A stretch of DNA of 64,000 nucleotides, taken from a virus. Lineage: Duplodnaviria > Caudoviricetes. Positions 55,299-64,000 of the stretch are shown here, piece by piece (the stretch's first letter is position 1; each line of letters starts with the position of its first letter). Under the pieces are notes generated by a model, which was not told where the DNA came from, did not search any database, and saw nothing but the letters and a program-made list of their open reading frames with translations. A program made the translations under genes and the position numbers. The stretch is from positions 1 to 64,000 of the IMG/VR virus record IMGVR_UViG_3300048503_000021. The stretch is one strand, 5' to 3'.

Positions 55299-58200
55299 AT
55301 GCCTAGCGATGTGTTTGCTGAGTATGGGGGTGCTCTTGTAACTGCTCCGCCAGATGCCAAGACAGACATCTTTGCGGAGTATGGTGGGAAATCTGTATCT
55401 ACCCCTAAGCCGAACCTAGCCGCCGCTAGCGCAGAGGCCGAACGGGCTGCGGTTACGCACATGGGGCCAGTTACCCCTCCGGGGGAAGAAAAGCGACCGC
55501 TCTCAACCGTGCCTGGGGCAGAGAAAACGGGGCTACCTGGGGTGCCGTTGGTGGGCACATACCGGCCCATTATCCCGATGGGAGTTCCGCAACCGCAGGT
55601 TCCGTATGGGCTGCAATCTCCCGAAGAACAAGCAAAGAGCGCCCCTCAGTTTACAAACCCGCGCACGGGAGCAAAGTCCCCTCGCGTGCCTCCAGGCCAA
55701 GAGGGCGGGCCAGTCTCTTGGATGACCGACATGCCGATCACTGGGGCTCAGCGGGTGGTGGCTGGCGTTGAGGGGTTGGGCAAGCCTGCGGAAGCGTTTG
55801 CCACCCCCGACAAGCCGGGTGGCTACGGCAACAAACTGACGCCTGAACTGAGGAAGCAGGCCTCTGCCGCTGGGACGGAAATCATAACTGGCGGGCTGGA
55901 GGTAGCGACTCCGTTTATGATCGCGGGCGCAGCCGTTGCGCCGGTTACGGCGCTCAAAGCCGTTGGCCTGTACGCGGGGACGGAATATGCTACCCGCAAG
56001 GGGCTTGAGTCGGCTGGAGTTGCTCCAGAACATGCTCGATTCTTCGGCCAAGTGGCCGGGCTGGCTTCCGGCTCTATCCCCATCGGCCTGAAGATCATCG
56101 ACGCAAGGCTGGAAGCGCACAACGAAATTGCCGAGAAGTTGTTCCAGGAAGAAGCCGAAGGCGGGCAACGTATCGAGAAGATGCGCGATGTTATCGCTCA
56201 GAGCCCTGAGATCGCTAAGCCCATCCCCGTATCCATTGGCGGCAAACCGCATGAGATTCGCTTCCTGGATGTTGGCAAGAACGGACGTCTCTCCCGCGAG
56301 GTCATTGATCTTAAAACAGGGAAGCGCGTATATGCAGGATACGACAAGGCCGTTTCTGGATGGCTCCATATCCATGCCGACGCCGAGCAAGGTCCTGTCG
56401 TAAAACTGACGGTTAAGGATGCTACGGGCAAGGTAATCGAAGAAGGGCTCATCACCCCAGAGCAAGCCGACTTTGCCAAAGACCTTGTGGCGTCTAAGGC
56501 TCCCGACCACACCGTAACGATTGAGCCGGTCGAGCAAGCGCCGAAACCAGCCGCCGAAGCCGCCACTACGGAACCGCCCGTAACGTCAAAGAAAGGAGGT
56601 TCTGAGCGTGTCACGCCCGAAGGGCAACAGCCCGGAAAGGAAGTGATCCAGCCATCTAGCGCGGAGGCCCCTGCCCCGAAGACAGAGGCGGGGGCTACTG
56701 CGCCTACGGCGGATTTCAAGCCGGGGCAGGTATGGAACTTAAACGGCGGGGCTTACGCTGTCACCAGCATCGAGGCCGACGAATCCGGCAAGCCTATCGT
56801 TAAATACGACTTCACCGGGCCGAAGGGGAATAAGAACCCCAACCAGAAGATCCCCCTTGCTGCGTTTACCAGCATGATGTCGAAGGGCAAGCTCCAGGGT
56901 GCGGCAGAGGGCACTGCTGCGCCACCAGCGGCGGCGGAGCCACCGGCCAAGGCGGAAGCGGCCAAGCCCGTAGAGATGCCGTCAGAGGCCAAGGCAGAGC
57001 CAATTAAGCCGCCGCTCAAGCCGAAGCCTGCGCCGAAGCCCGTTGAGTCTGCATCCAGACAAGCGCCGCCTGCTGATGCGGCTAAGTCCGAATCTACACC
57101 CGCGAAGGTAGCCGGGGTTATATCTAGGGAAAGCAACAACTTACCGAATAAAGCCCCCCCCGAGGTGGCCACCCCTAAGGCCGTGACCGAGCCACCCGCG
57201 CCGAAGCTCGACCCTGAAGAACTCCCTGCGATGAAGCGGCTTAGGGCGGCAGGGCAAGCCATCTCCGACACGGAACTGACGCAGCTTCAACTGCCCAAGG
57301 CCAAAGTGATACTGGCGAAGCTCAAGCAGGTAGGGGAAGCTGCATTAGCGGAGGCCGACAAGCAGACCGATCCCAGCGCAGCGGCAGAGCTAAGAAGGGT
57401 TGCGGCAGAGACGGACAAGCGGGCGGAGAGCATCCGCAACAGGGCGAAGGTGCTGGAGCAAGAGCAGGCGGCGAAGGCCGCGCCGAAGGCGACACCAGCA
57501 CCGCCTACTACACAAAACGCTCCCTCAAATGAGGCGAAAAAGCAGGAAGTAGCGGCTGATAACTTAACAGAGGGCAACGAGTTAAGTTCTGCGTCTGTAA
57601 AACCTGCTCAGATTATTCCAAAAGATATTCCTCCCGTGACGAGAGCCAAGGCAGCAGACTTCAAGGTGGATTCCGCGAAGCCGGAAGATCTGGTTGCATC
57701 ACAGGACTTCCAGAAATGGGCTGGAGATCCCAACCAAAAGCGTTCTTTCCGCGATACCTACGGGGACGCCATCCGCATTGCGGATCAAATCCGAGATGCT
57801 ATCAAGAGTGGGCGTCCAGCCGCTACTATTGAAGCGCAGAGAGAGGCATTAAGGGAGGCTCTTGAAGAGATCGGCGTGAAGGCGGAAGCCAAGCCCACGG
57901 ATCTCATATCGATTCCAGCTAGATCGAAATCCCGCGATACGGACAAGGGCTATGAACAGTGGGCAAAGGATGTCCACAACCTGAGCCTGTCCACCTACCG
58001 AGACAAGACACCATTCGCGCCAAGTGACTTGACGAAGCTAACGGATACACAACTGGAGGATCTGAAGTCGGCTGTCGATGAGGCTGCGTCTTGGCACCCC
58101 AAGGTCCAGCCCGGTAGAGATCTGGTCTTCACCTCGCCAGAGCAAGCGGCGTCGATGAAGTGGTGGGACAAGCAGCGGGACGACATCAAGAAGGAGTTCT

Positions 58201-61200
58201 GGAGGCGTGGAGAGCCAGCACGCGAGGCCGAGAAGCAGGCGAACAAGGTCGCGGCAGACAAGAAGGACCAGGAAGCCTTCGAGCGAGCCACGACCGTCAG
58301 GCCCAAGAACCCTACGCTCAAGGACGTTGACGCTCAGCGGGACAAGGACATTCCCGAAGGCTACCGCGTCTCGGGATACTCAGGCGGGCAGCGCCTACTG
58401 ACGCAGGCCGGGCAGTTTAGCGTCTACCAGACATTCGATACGAGAGAGTGGGGATGGTACGACGAGAAGGTCGGCCCTTCTAAGAAGGTGAAGGAGCGAT
58501 ACCAGGAAGGAGTCAAGTCCCCAATCACTCAAAAGTATATCGACGACGAGACCGCCTACATTTATGGCCCGTGGGCAAAAGAGCGCAAAGTTGCGACCGC
58601 GCCTCCTCCCGCGCAAGCGACCGTGCCGCCGCCCTCAGCCGTAGACAAAGAACTGCCTGCGGCGAAGAAGAATACCGTGGAGCCGTCTGTCGAACGCTAC
58701 GAGGAGTTGCAGAAAGAAGTCCGCGCCATACAGAAGAACCCCGTCTATGCAGAAGACACGCACGAGGGGATGCAGCTTCGAGACCGTGCCCTTGAGTTAG
58801 AAGACGAGATGCTGTTGCACCGCAAAGTGGCGATAGCGAAGTATCAGGCAGACATTGACAGGGAAAAGGCGGAACGTGAAGCCAAGGCCAAGAAGGCCGA
58901 ACCCCCAGCGGTGAAGAAGGCGGAGCATAAACCCGCACCAGCAGCCGAGAAACCACTTGAAACCAAGGAAGAAAAGAAGCAAACTAAAGCGGAAGAGAAG
59001 CCCGATGAGCAGCCAAAGCGATCTGACGACCGAGCAGTTGGAGAAGGGCCAAAGGTTTCAGGAACTCGTAAACCAAGCGTCCGACCGATTGCGGGTGAGG
59101 GGACGAAGATTCGTGTTCCAGGACGAGATCGAGCCTACGCCGCCGTCTACTCCGTCCGAGAACTCTCCGACACCTACCCAAGCCACGACCCGTTCTCCTT
59201 TGAGCGAAACGCCGACTACCACCACCTGAACGACCGGGACTATACCGATCCCGTCGCACAAACTCGCGTTATCGTCAACAGCGGGGCAAAGTTCGATCCT
59301 GATTATCTAATCACGGATGATCCCACGGCCACCAACGGCCCGTCTATTATTGACCCGGATGGTAACGTCTTAGGCGGGAACAACCGGCGCATGACGCTGG
59401 AGCGCGTGTACGCGCAGAACCCCAAGGGGGCCGCTGCGTATCGCGCCTTGTTGGTGAAAAAAGCGGCTGTGTTCGGGCTTGACCCCAAAGCAATTGAAGG
59501 GATTAAGAAGCCCATATTGGTTCGGGAATTGAAGGACGCGGATGTCAAGCCACAACGCGCCATAACCGATCTAAACAAGGGTACTACTGCCGCACTTTCG
59601 CAGGGAGAGCGGGCTACTGCTGACGCCAGAAGCATGACGGCAGAGACGGCCAGCCACATTGCCAGCGTCTTGGAATCTGTGGGGCCAGACGTAAACCTGA
59701 ATGATGTCCTCAGTTCAAAGTATGGGCCGGTGCTCATCAACCGCCTCATCCGCGAGGGCATCTTCACAGAAGAGGAACGTCCCGCCCTACTAGATGACAA
59801 GAATGGAACCGTCACCAAGGAAGCTAAAAACCGAACGGCCAAGATGTTACTGGGGGATCTGTTCACAGACAACCAGCAATTTGAACGAGCAGAACCTTCT
59901 CTTCGCAACAAGCTAGAGCGTACCGTCGTTTGGCTAAAGAAGGTCGAGCGCGTCCCTAGGTGGGGCCTGACCAAAGACGTGCGCGATGCCATCTCCCTGA
60001 TTGAGCACGAGCGCGACGAGAAGGAATACCAAGAGGCGCACGGATTCAAGGCTGGTGGGTTCTTGGCTGAAAACCAAGCCGATATGTTCGGTGGCGCTGG
60101 CGAGAGACCACAAGTATCTGAGAAGGCCGAGAGAATAGCCGAGTTCATAAAGGGGAACAGCCAAAAGAGTATTGCCCAAGCATTTAAGTCCTATGCTGCG
60201 GATGCGGCCAAGTCCTATGCTGCGGATGCGGCCAAAGCAGAGGAGTTGTTCGCAGAGAGGGCGCAGGAGATGCCCACAGGGAAGGCTCCAGGGGAAGCAT
60301 TTGATGACTCTTTCGGGGCAGCGAAGAAGGAACCTGAGCCATCTGCCAAAGCCGATACCGGCCCAATCAAAACGCAAGCCCCGCCGCAGGCGGCAGCGGA
60401 GCCGGAGTCTGCATCCAGACAGACGGCTCCCCCTCCCGGCGCTGGCAGCGTCACTCTTGGAGGTGGCCTGGGCGCGCTTGATCCCTACGTGGAAGAGGCT
60501 ATCGACGTAGCCAAGAAGTACACTCCGCTCGTCATGTCGCACTTGGCAGAATTGCCTCCTGTCCAGGGTGCGGCTGAGACGATGAAGCTGGCTCGGCAGG
60601 CATTTGACCCACGGCATAACGTCTCCTTCGGCGCTCTGAACTCCGTGATGAAGCGTAACGGGAGCATGGTGGAGTTTAACTGGATTTTGCAGCAGCTTGG
60701 GGATCGGTGGCGTAGCCTGTTCGATGCGATGCCCGCCCGTATGCAAGTGGGGTTCGTTGATGCCATCCGGCATGGGCGCAAGCAGAAGGCGCAACTCCCA
60801 GCGCGAAGCAGCCTATTTGGGAAGAGGGAAGCACAGGACATATCCGCGCCGTTACAAGAGGCGGCTGACTTCTTTAGGGGCGTAGACGACGATCTCTACC
60901 ATTCCCTGCAAGAAGTGGGTGTCAATCCAGAATATCTGGAGAACCACTACCGGACTCTGTGGAAAGTGATCCCCTCATTTGGGGAGCCGTCAGACAAGCG
61001 TGGGTTCAAGGGCGTCACTAAGCAGAGGCTTGAAGGCACCAAGGGGATGCTGAAAAAGCACGTCTTCGAGGATATGAGCGAAGGCTTGCGTTGGGACTTC
61101 TCCGCGTTGACGGAAGAGGAAGTCCATGCCGCCATGCAGAAGGCTGGGATCAGGCCGGATGGGTACAAGGTGGAGCAGGGTGTCGATAACCTGGAGGTGA

Positions 61201-63959
61201 CGCCTTTCTCAGACAAGGCCATAGACGCCCTCAACAAACTGGAGAAGAGTGGGGCCGAAGTTGTCAAGCGTGGTGGCACGCCGACCTACTGGAACGCGAT
61301 GACGATGTTCCAGGCGCACTATGCCGATGCCCTGAGATTCGTTACCACGCGGCGCATGTGGAAGGATGGTATCGAGAGCGGCAGGATTAGGTTCGTCAAG
61401 AGGGGCATGAAGCCGCTGGATGGGTTCAAGCGCATCGACGACGCCATCGCTAAGGTCAACATCCCAGTCAAAACATCTCGTTCTATTGACGACGCAACAC
61501 AGCGGGTTAAGGACGGGGTAGCCTCGGACATGAACGAGGCGATGCAGCAAATCATTGACGAGCATCGACAGCGGGGCAGCGTTATCACCGCAACTCAGGT
61601 CATGGCCCCTGTGGGAGAGTGGTACGTCGAAGAGGGCCTAGCGCGGTTGCTCAACAACCTCCAGTCTCGCGACCGAATCAGGGAATACGCTTTGGGCCGG
61701 GGGCTTTCCAGGATTAAGAATGGGTACACCGGCATAGAGCTTGGGGTCAGCCCCTTCCACTTCGTTTTCGAGTCGATTGAAGCGATGGGCTCGATGTTTG
61801 CGCTTGCTTTTCGAGAAGCATATCTTGGCGTTGGGAAGATGACCTTTGAGCGTAACCGGCCAGGGTCAACGAGCCTTGGAAAGCGCCTCATGTGGCAAAG
61901 CCTGAAGGATCTGACCGGCGCTTTACCCAGCGCTACTCCAGGATTTCGCTTCGGCAAGGTCAGCGCAGCCCCGCTTGTGCATGAGTTTTCTATCGAGCAA
62001 TTGGGCGCTTCGGCCAAACTACTCTACGGACAGGCTGGGAAGCCGTATCTGGAAACTGAGCAGCTAAAGGACGCCATCGCTGGGTACAATAAGTCCTTGG
62101 AATTCATGCGGCCCAGCAACCCGCGCTACAACGATTTGATCTCACAGCGGGCGTCGGCAGAGGCTCAACTCGCAGCAGCGCAGGGCGATTACAACGAAGC
62201 GTTAAAGAAGTTCGCCTCTGGCAAGGTGGGGCAGCGATTCCTGGAGCGCTATCCTGACGCCGCACCTCTGATCCACGATTACTTCCAGGCTGGCGGCAAG
62301 CCGCACATGGATGAGCGCTTCAGATTGAGGGCGACGGAAAACTTCAGAACTGCCTACAAGAATGCGGTTGCCGATCATAGGGAGCTTGCGGCGGCGGGCA
62401 ACGCATTACTGGCAATCAACGAAGCGATGCTCGCGCCTCTATTTGAGACCTTCATCCCCAACTTGAAACTGGGTATATTCCTGAAGGAATACTCTTTTGC
62501 TAAGGTTGAGAACGAACGCAAATTAGAGAGGGTTGAAAACCTCCGTAAAGGCATTGACCGCATCCAATACGAGATTGCTCAGTTGAACGACGAGCGTAGG
62601 CGCACTCCCGCTTCGCATCCTCCAGGCGTGCCTGTTGACCCGGCGCGAATGGCTAAGATTCAAGGCATAGAGGACAGGCTGAGGGCCAAGACCGAACAAC
62701 TGAACAAGACACAAATAGAGCACGACGCGATGCAAGCGCAGCGCGGATACAGCCTTGAACAGATTGCCAGAGAAACAAACGATTTCGTAGAAGATCGCTT
62801 TGGCGAGATGAACTTCGACAACCTATTCTGGAACAACACGATCAAGACGTGTCTTCAGTTGGCATTCCGGTCTGTTACTTGGAAACTTGGGAATGCGAGG
62901 GCGACCGGAAAGGGTGTTCGTGGTGGCTGGAGAACCATGCGTGATTTCTATAAGGCTCTCCCTGGACTTGCCTCAGGTACAGGAGAAGCCCCCGCCCTTG
63001 AGGCGCACTTTTCTTGGCTCTTCACAACAATGATGCTGGCCGTCACAGTGTCTGCCATCCTCTCTAAGATGATGGGGCATCAATCCTTTAAGGACACCTT
63101 CCGCAAGCTCGCAGAAGGCGACTGGACCGAAGCCGTGTATTTCCATTCGGACGAAGTTGGAGGGCGTAATTCCTTCGCCTCTTATGCGAGGGATTGGGTC
63201 CACTTAGCCCGCAGTATTGGAGGGTACATATCCTCTTCTTATGCTGGCGACATCGGCAGGTTTATGGACTTGTTACGGGGTGGAATCGGGAAGGGAGGGA
63301 AGGACTTCTACGGCACGGAGGTCTATCACCCAGCCGACCCGTGGTACGAGCAGGCGAAGGATATTGCCGGGCACATGATCCCGATGCCTTTTGCGGCGCA
63401 GTCTTTCTTTAAGTCTAGGGAACAGGGGCAACCCCTATCCTCGCAAGTGCTGGGGCTTCTGGGGTTCACCAAGGCCCCTACGGACATCACCGACTCTCCC
63501 GCTGTGCGTGCAGCCAAAGAAGCGGCGGCAGAGACCGTATCTGTAGGCGCTCGTACCAAAGAGCAATTCGAGAAAACTAAAGACAAGAGCCAGTTGATGA
63601 ACAAGCTGAAGCGGGGTGAGGATGTCTACGATCAGGCCATGGACCTAGTAGGTAAAGGTAAGCTCACTGTCAAGGACCTGGAAGACGTGGCTAAGCAGTA
63701 CCGAACTCCTCCTCTGACCAGGGCGATCCAGCGCATCACCGACCCAGATAAACTGTTAGAAGTTTGGGAGAAAGCGACGAACGAAGAGAAGGCTGAGATT
63801 CAGAGCCTCCTACTTAACAAGCTAGGCTCTGTTGTTCGTAACCGGCCAGGACAGTGGACGCCAAGAATTGAGCAACGAGTCGCTAAAGATGAAGTCGAAA
63901 CCTGGAGACCGCCGCAGCAGATACGTACAGCACCCCCGCCAGGGGTGGAAGGATACTAG
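55299..63959 (+). CDS. Giant ejection / polyvalent protein with DdrB-like ParB domain
   Basis: 2886 aa; DVFAEYGG x2; Y.VREL...PSH...RDY...FDP.YL...NGP.I....VLGGNNR. Confidence 0.75.
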   Translation: MPSDVFAEYGGALVTAPPDAKTDIFAEYGGKSVSTPKPNLAAASAEAERAAVTHMGPVTPPGEEKRPLSTVPGAEKTGLPGVPLVGTYRPIIPMGVPQPQVPYGLQSPEEQAKSAPQFTNPRTGAKSPRVPPGQEGGPVSWMTDMPITGAQRVVAGVEGLGKPAEAFATPDKPGGYGNKLTPELRKQASAAGTEIITGGLEVATPFMIAGAAVAPVTALKAVGLYAGTEYATRKGLESAGVAPEHARFFGQVAGLASGSIPIGLKIIDARLEAHNEIAEKLFQEEAEGGQRIEKMRDVIAQSPEIAKPIPVSIGGKPHEIRFLDVGKNGRLSREVIDLKTGKRVYAGYDKAVSGWLHIHADAEQGPVVKLTVKDATGKVIEEGLITPEQADFAKDLVASKAPDHTVTIEPVEQAPKPAAEAATTEPPVTSKKGGSERVTPEGQQPGKEVIQPSSAEAPAPKTEAGATAPTADFKPGQVWNLNGGAYAVTSIEADESGKPIVKYDFTGPKGNKNPNQKIPLAAFTSMMSKGKLQGAAEGTAAPPAAAEPPAKAEAAKPVEMPSEAKAEPIKPPLKPKPAPKPVESASRQAPPADAAKSESTPAKVAGVISRESNNLPNKAPPEVATPKAVTEPPAPKLDPEELPAMKRLRAAGQAISDTELTQLQLPKAKVILAKLKQVGEAALAEADKQTDPSAAAELRRVAAETDKRAESIRNRAKVLEQEQAAKAAPKATPAPPTTQNAPSNEAKKQEVAADNLTEGNELSSASVKPAQIIPKDIPPVTRAKAADFKVDSAKPEDLVASQDFQKWAGDPNQKRSFRDTYGDAIRIADQIRDAIKSGRPAATIEAQREALREALEEIGVKAEAKPTDLISIPARSKSRDTDKGYEQWAKDVHNLSLSTYRDKTPFAPSDLTKLTDTQLEDLKSAVDEAASWHPKVQPGRDLVFTSPEQAASMKWWDKQRDDIKKEFWRRGEPAREAEKQANKVAADKKDQEAFERATTVRPKNPTLKDVDAQRDKDIPEGYRVSGYSGGQRLLTQAGQFSVYQTFDTREWGWYDEKVGPSKKVKERYQEGVKSPITQKYIDDETAYIYGPWAKERKVATAPPPAQATVPPPSAVDKELPAAKKNTVEPSVERYEELQKEVRAIQKNPVYAEDTHEGMQLRDRALELEDEMLLHRKVAIAKYQADIDREKAEREAKAKKAEPPAVKKAEHKPAPAAEKPLETKEEKKQTKAEEKPDEQPKRSDDRAVGEGPKVSGTRKPSVRPIAGEGTKIRVPGRDRAYAAVYSVRELSDTYPSHDPFSFERNADYHHLNDRDYTDPVAQTRVIVNSGAKFDPDYLITDDPTATNGPSIIDPDGNVLGGNNRRMTLERVYAQNPKGAAAYRALLVKKAAVFGLDPKAIEGIKKPILVRELKDADVKPQRAITDLNKGTTAALSQGERATADARSMTAETASHIASVLESVGPDVNLNDVLSSKYGPVLINRLIREGIFTEEERPALLDDKNGTVTKEAKNRTAKMLLGDLFTDNQQFERAEPSLRNKLERTVVWLKKVERVPRWGLTKDVRDAISLIEHERDEKEYQEAHGFKAGGFLAENQADMFGGAGERPQVSEKAERIAEFIKGNSQKSIAQAFKSYAADAAKSYAADAAKAEELFAERAQEMPTGKAPGEAFDDSFGAAKKEPEPSAKADTGPIKTQAPPQAAAEPESASRQTAPPPGAGSVTLGGGLGALDPYVEEAIDVAKKYTPLVMSHLAELPPVQGAAETMKLARQAFDPRHNVSFGALNSVMKRNGSMVEFNWILQQLGDRWRSLFDAMPARMQVGFVDAIRHGRKQKAQLPARSSLFGKREAQDISAPLQEAADFFRGVDDDLYHSLQEVGVNPEYLENHYRTLWKVIPSFGEPSDKRGFKGVTKQRLEGTKGMLKKHVFEDMSEGLRWDFSALTEEEVHAAMQKAGIRPDGYKVEQGVDNLEVTPFSDKAIDALNKLEKSGAEVVKRGGTPTYWNAMTMFQAHYADALRFVTTRRMWKDGIESGRIRFVKRGMKPLDGFKRIDDAIAKVNIPVKTSRSIDDATQRVKDGVASDMNEAMQQIIDEHRQRGSVITATQVMAPVGEWYVEEGLARLLNNLQSRDRIREYALGRGLSRIKNGYTGIELGVSPFHFVFESIEAMGSMFALAFREAYLGVGKMTFERNRPGSTSLGKRLMWQSLKDLTGALPSATPGFRFGKVSAAPLVHEFSIEQLGASAKLLYGQAGKPYLETEQLKDAIAGYNKSLEFMRPSNPRYNDLISQRASAEAQLAAAQGDYNEALKKFASGKVGQRFLERYPDAAPLIHDYFQAGGKPHMDERFRLRATENFRTAYKNAVADHRELAAAGNALLAINEAMLAPLFETFIPNLKLGIFLKEYSFAKVENERKLERVENLRKGIDRIQYEIAQLNDERRRTPASHPPGVPVDPARMAKIQGIEDRLRAKTEQLNKTQIEHDAMQAQRGYSLEQIARETNDFVEDRFGEMNFDNLFWNNTIKTCLQLAFRSVTWKLGNARATGKGVRGGWRTMRDFYKALPGLASGTGEAPALEAHFSWLFTTMMLAVTVSAILSKMMGHQSFKDTFRKLAEGDWTEAVYFHSDEVGGRNSFASYARDWVHLARSIGGYISSSYAGDIGRFMDLLRGGIGKGGKDFYGTEVYHPADPWYEQAKDIAGHMIPMPFAAQSFFKSREQGQPLSSQVLGLLGFTKAPTDITDSPAVRAAKEAAAETVSVGARTKEQFEKTKDKSQLMNKLKRGEDVYDQAMDLVGKGKLTVKDLEDVAKQYRTPPLTRAIQRITDPDKLLEVWEKATNEEKAEIQSLLLNKLGSVVRNRPGQWTPRIEQRVAKDEVETWRPPQQIRTAPPPGVEGY
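60186..60233 (+). repeat. Perfect 24-bp tandem duplication
   Basis: AAGTCCTATGCTGCGGATGCGGCC x2. Confidence 0.95.
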
Positions 63960-64000
63960 GGCTTAAGACCTTTTCTTCTTGTCCCGGCCTTCTATAAACT

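Noticed and set aside
55533-60794. Several 170-330-aa minus-strand ORFs inside the giant gene
   Set aside because: Shadows of a long Lys/Glu/Ala-rich ORF; no motifs
1-64000. Alternative genetic code (stop-codon reassignment)
   Set aside because: Core genes are full length in the standard code, all three stop codons are used, and there is no suppressor tRNA

Overview
The window is the left ~64 kb of a tailed dsDNA phage genome with podovirus-type architecture. It is almost entirely coded on the + strand and begins with a 26-nt library adapter. Order: (i) 0.3-14.7 kb early/accessory region of small ATGA-coupled ORFs linked by short junction repeats, containing a DUF5131 (Gp37/Gp68) gene with a nested out-of-frame HNH endonuclease, an SF2 helicase, a DNA methyltransferase, a serine recombinase and an FkbM methyltransferase. 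(ii) 14.7-15.7 kb phage sigma70-family factor overlapped by the only convincing minus-strand gene (RHH-like regulator). (iii) Terminase, an inserted envelope/lysis-like module, portal, tRNA-Lys(CTT), scaffold and major capsid. (iv) Fibre, lectin and tailspike-like proteins that unusually carry Sec signal peptides. (v) Three adaptor/ring paralogues, lysozyme, a tail nozzle whose last domain appears split, a GNAT protein and ejection proteins, ending in a 2886-aa protein with a DdrB-like ParB domain. I recognised no DNA polymerase, primase, reverse transcriptase or CRISPR array, so the genome probably continues beyond the window. Most notable observations: the dual-coded HNH/DUF5131 locus; secreted, Cys-paired virion appendage proteins; a dispersed 14-bp palindrome GTCTGYATCCAGAC; a candidate late promoter CGATT-N5-TAAMG; the split nozzle; repeated linker minigenes; and two 16-aa protamine-like peptides. 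All family assignments come from motif recognition by eye, not database searches.
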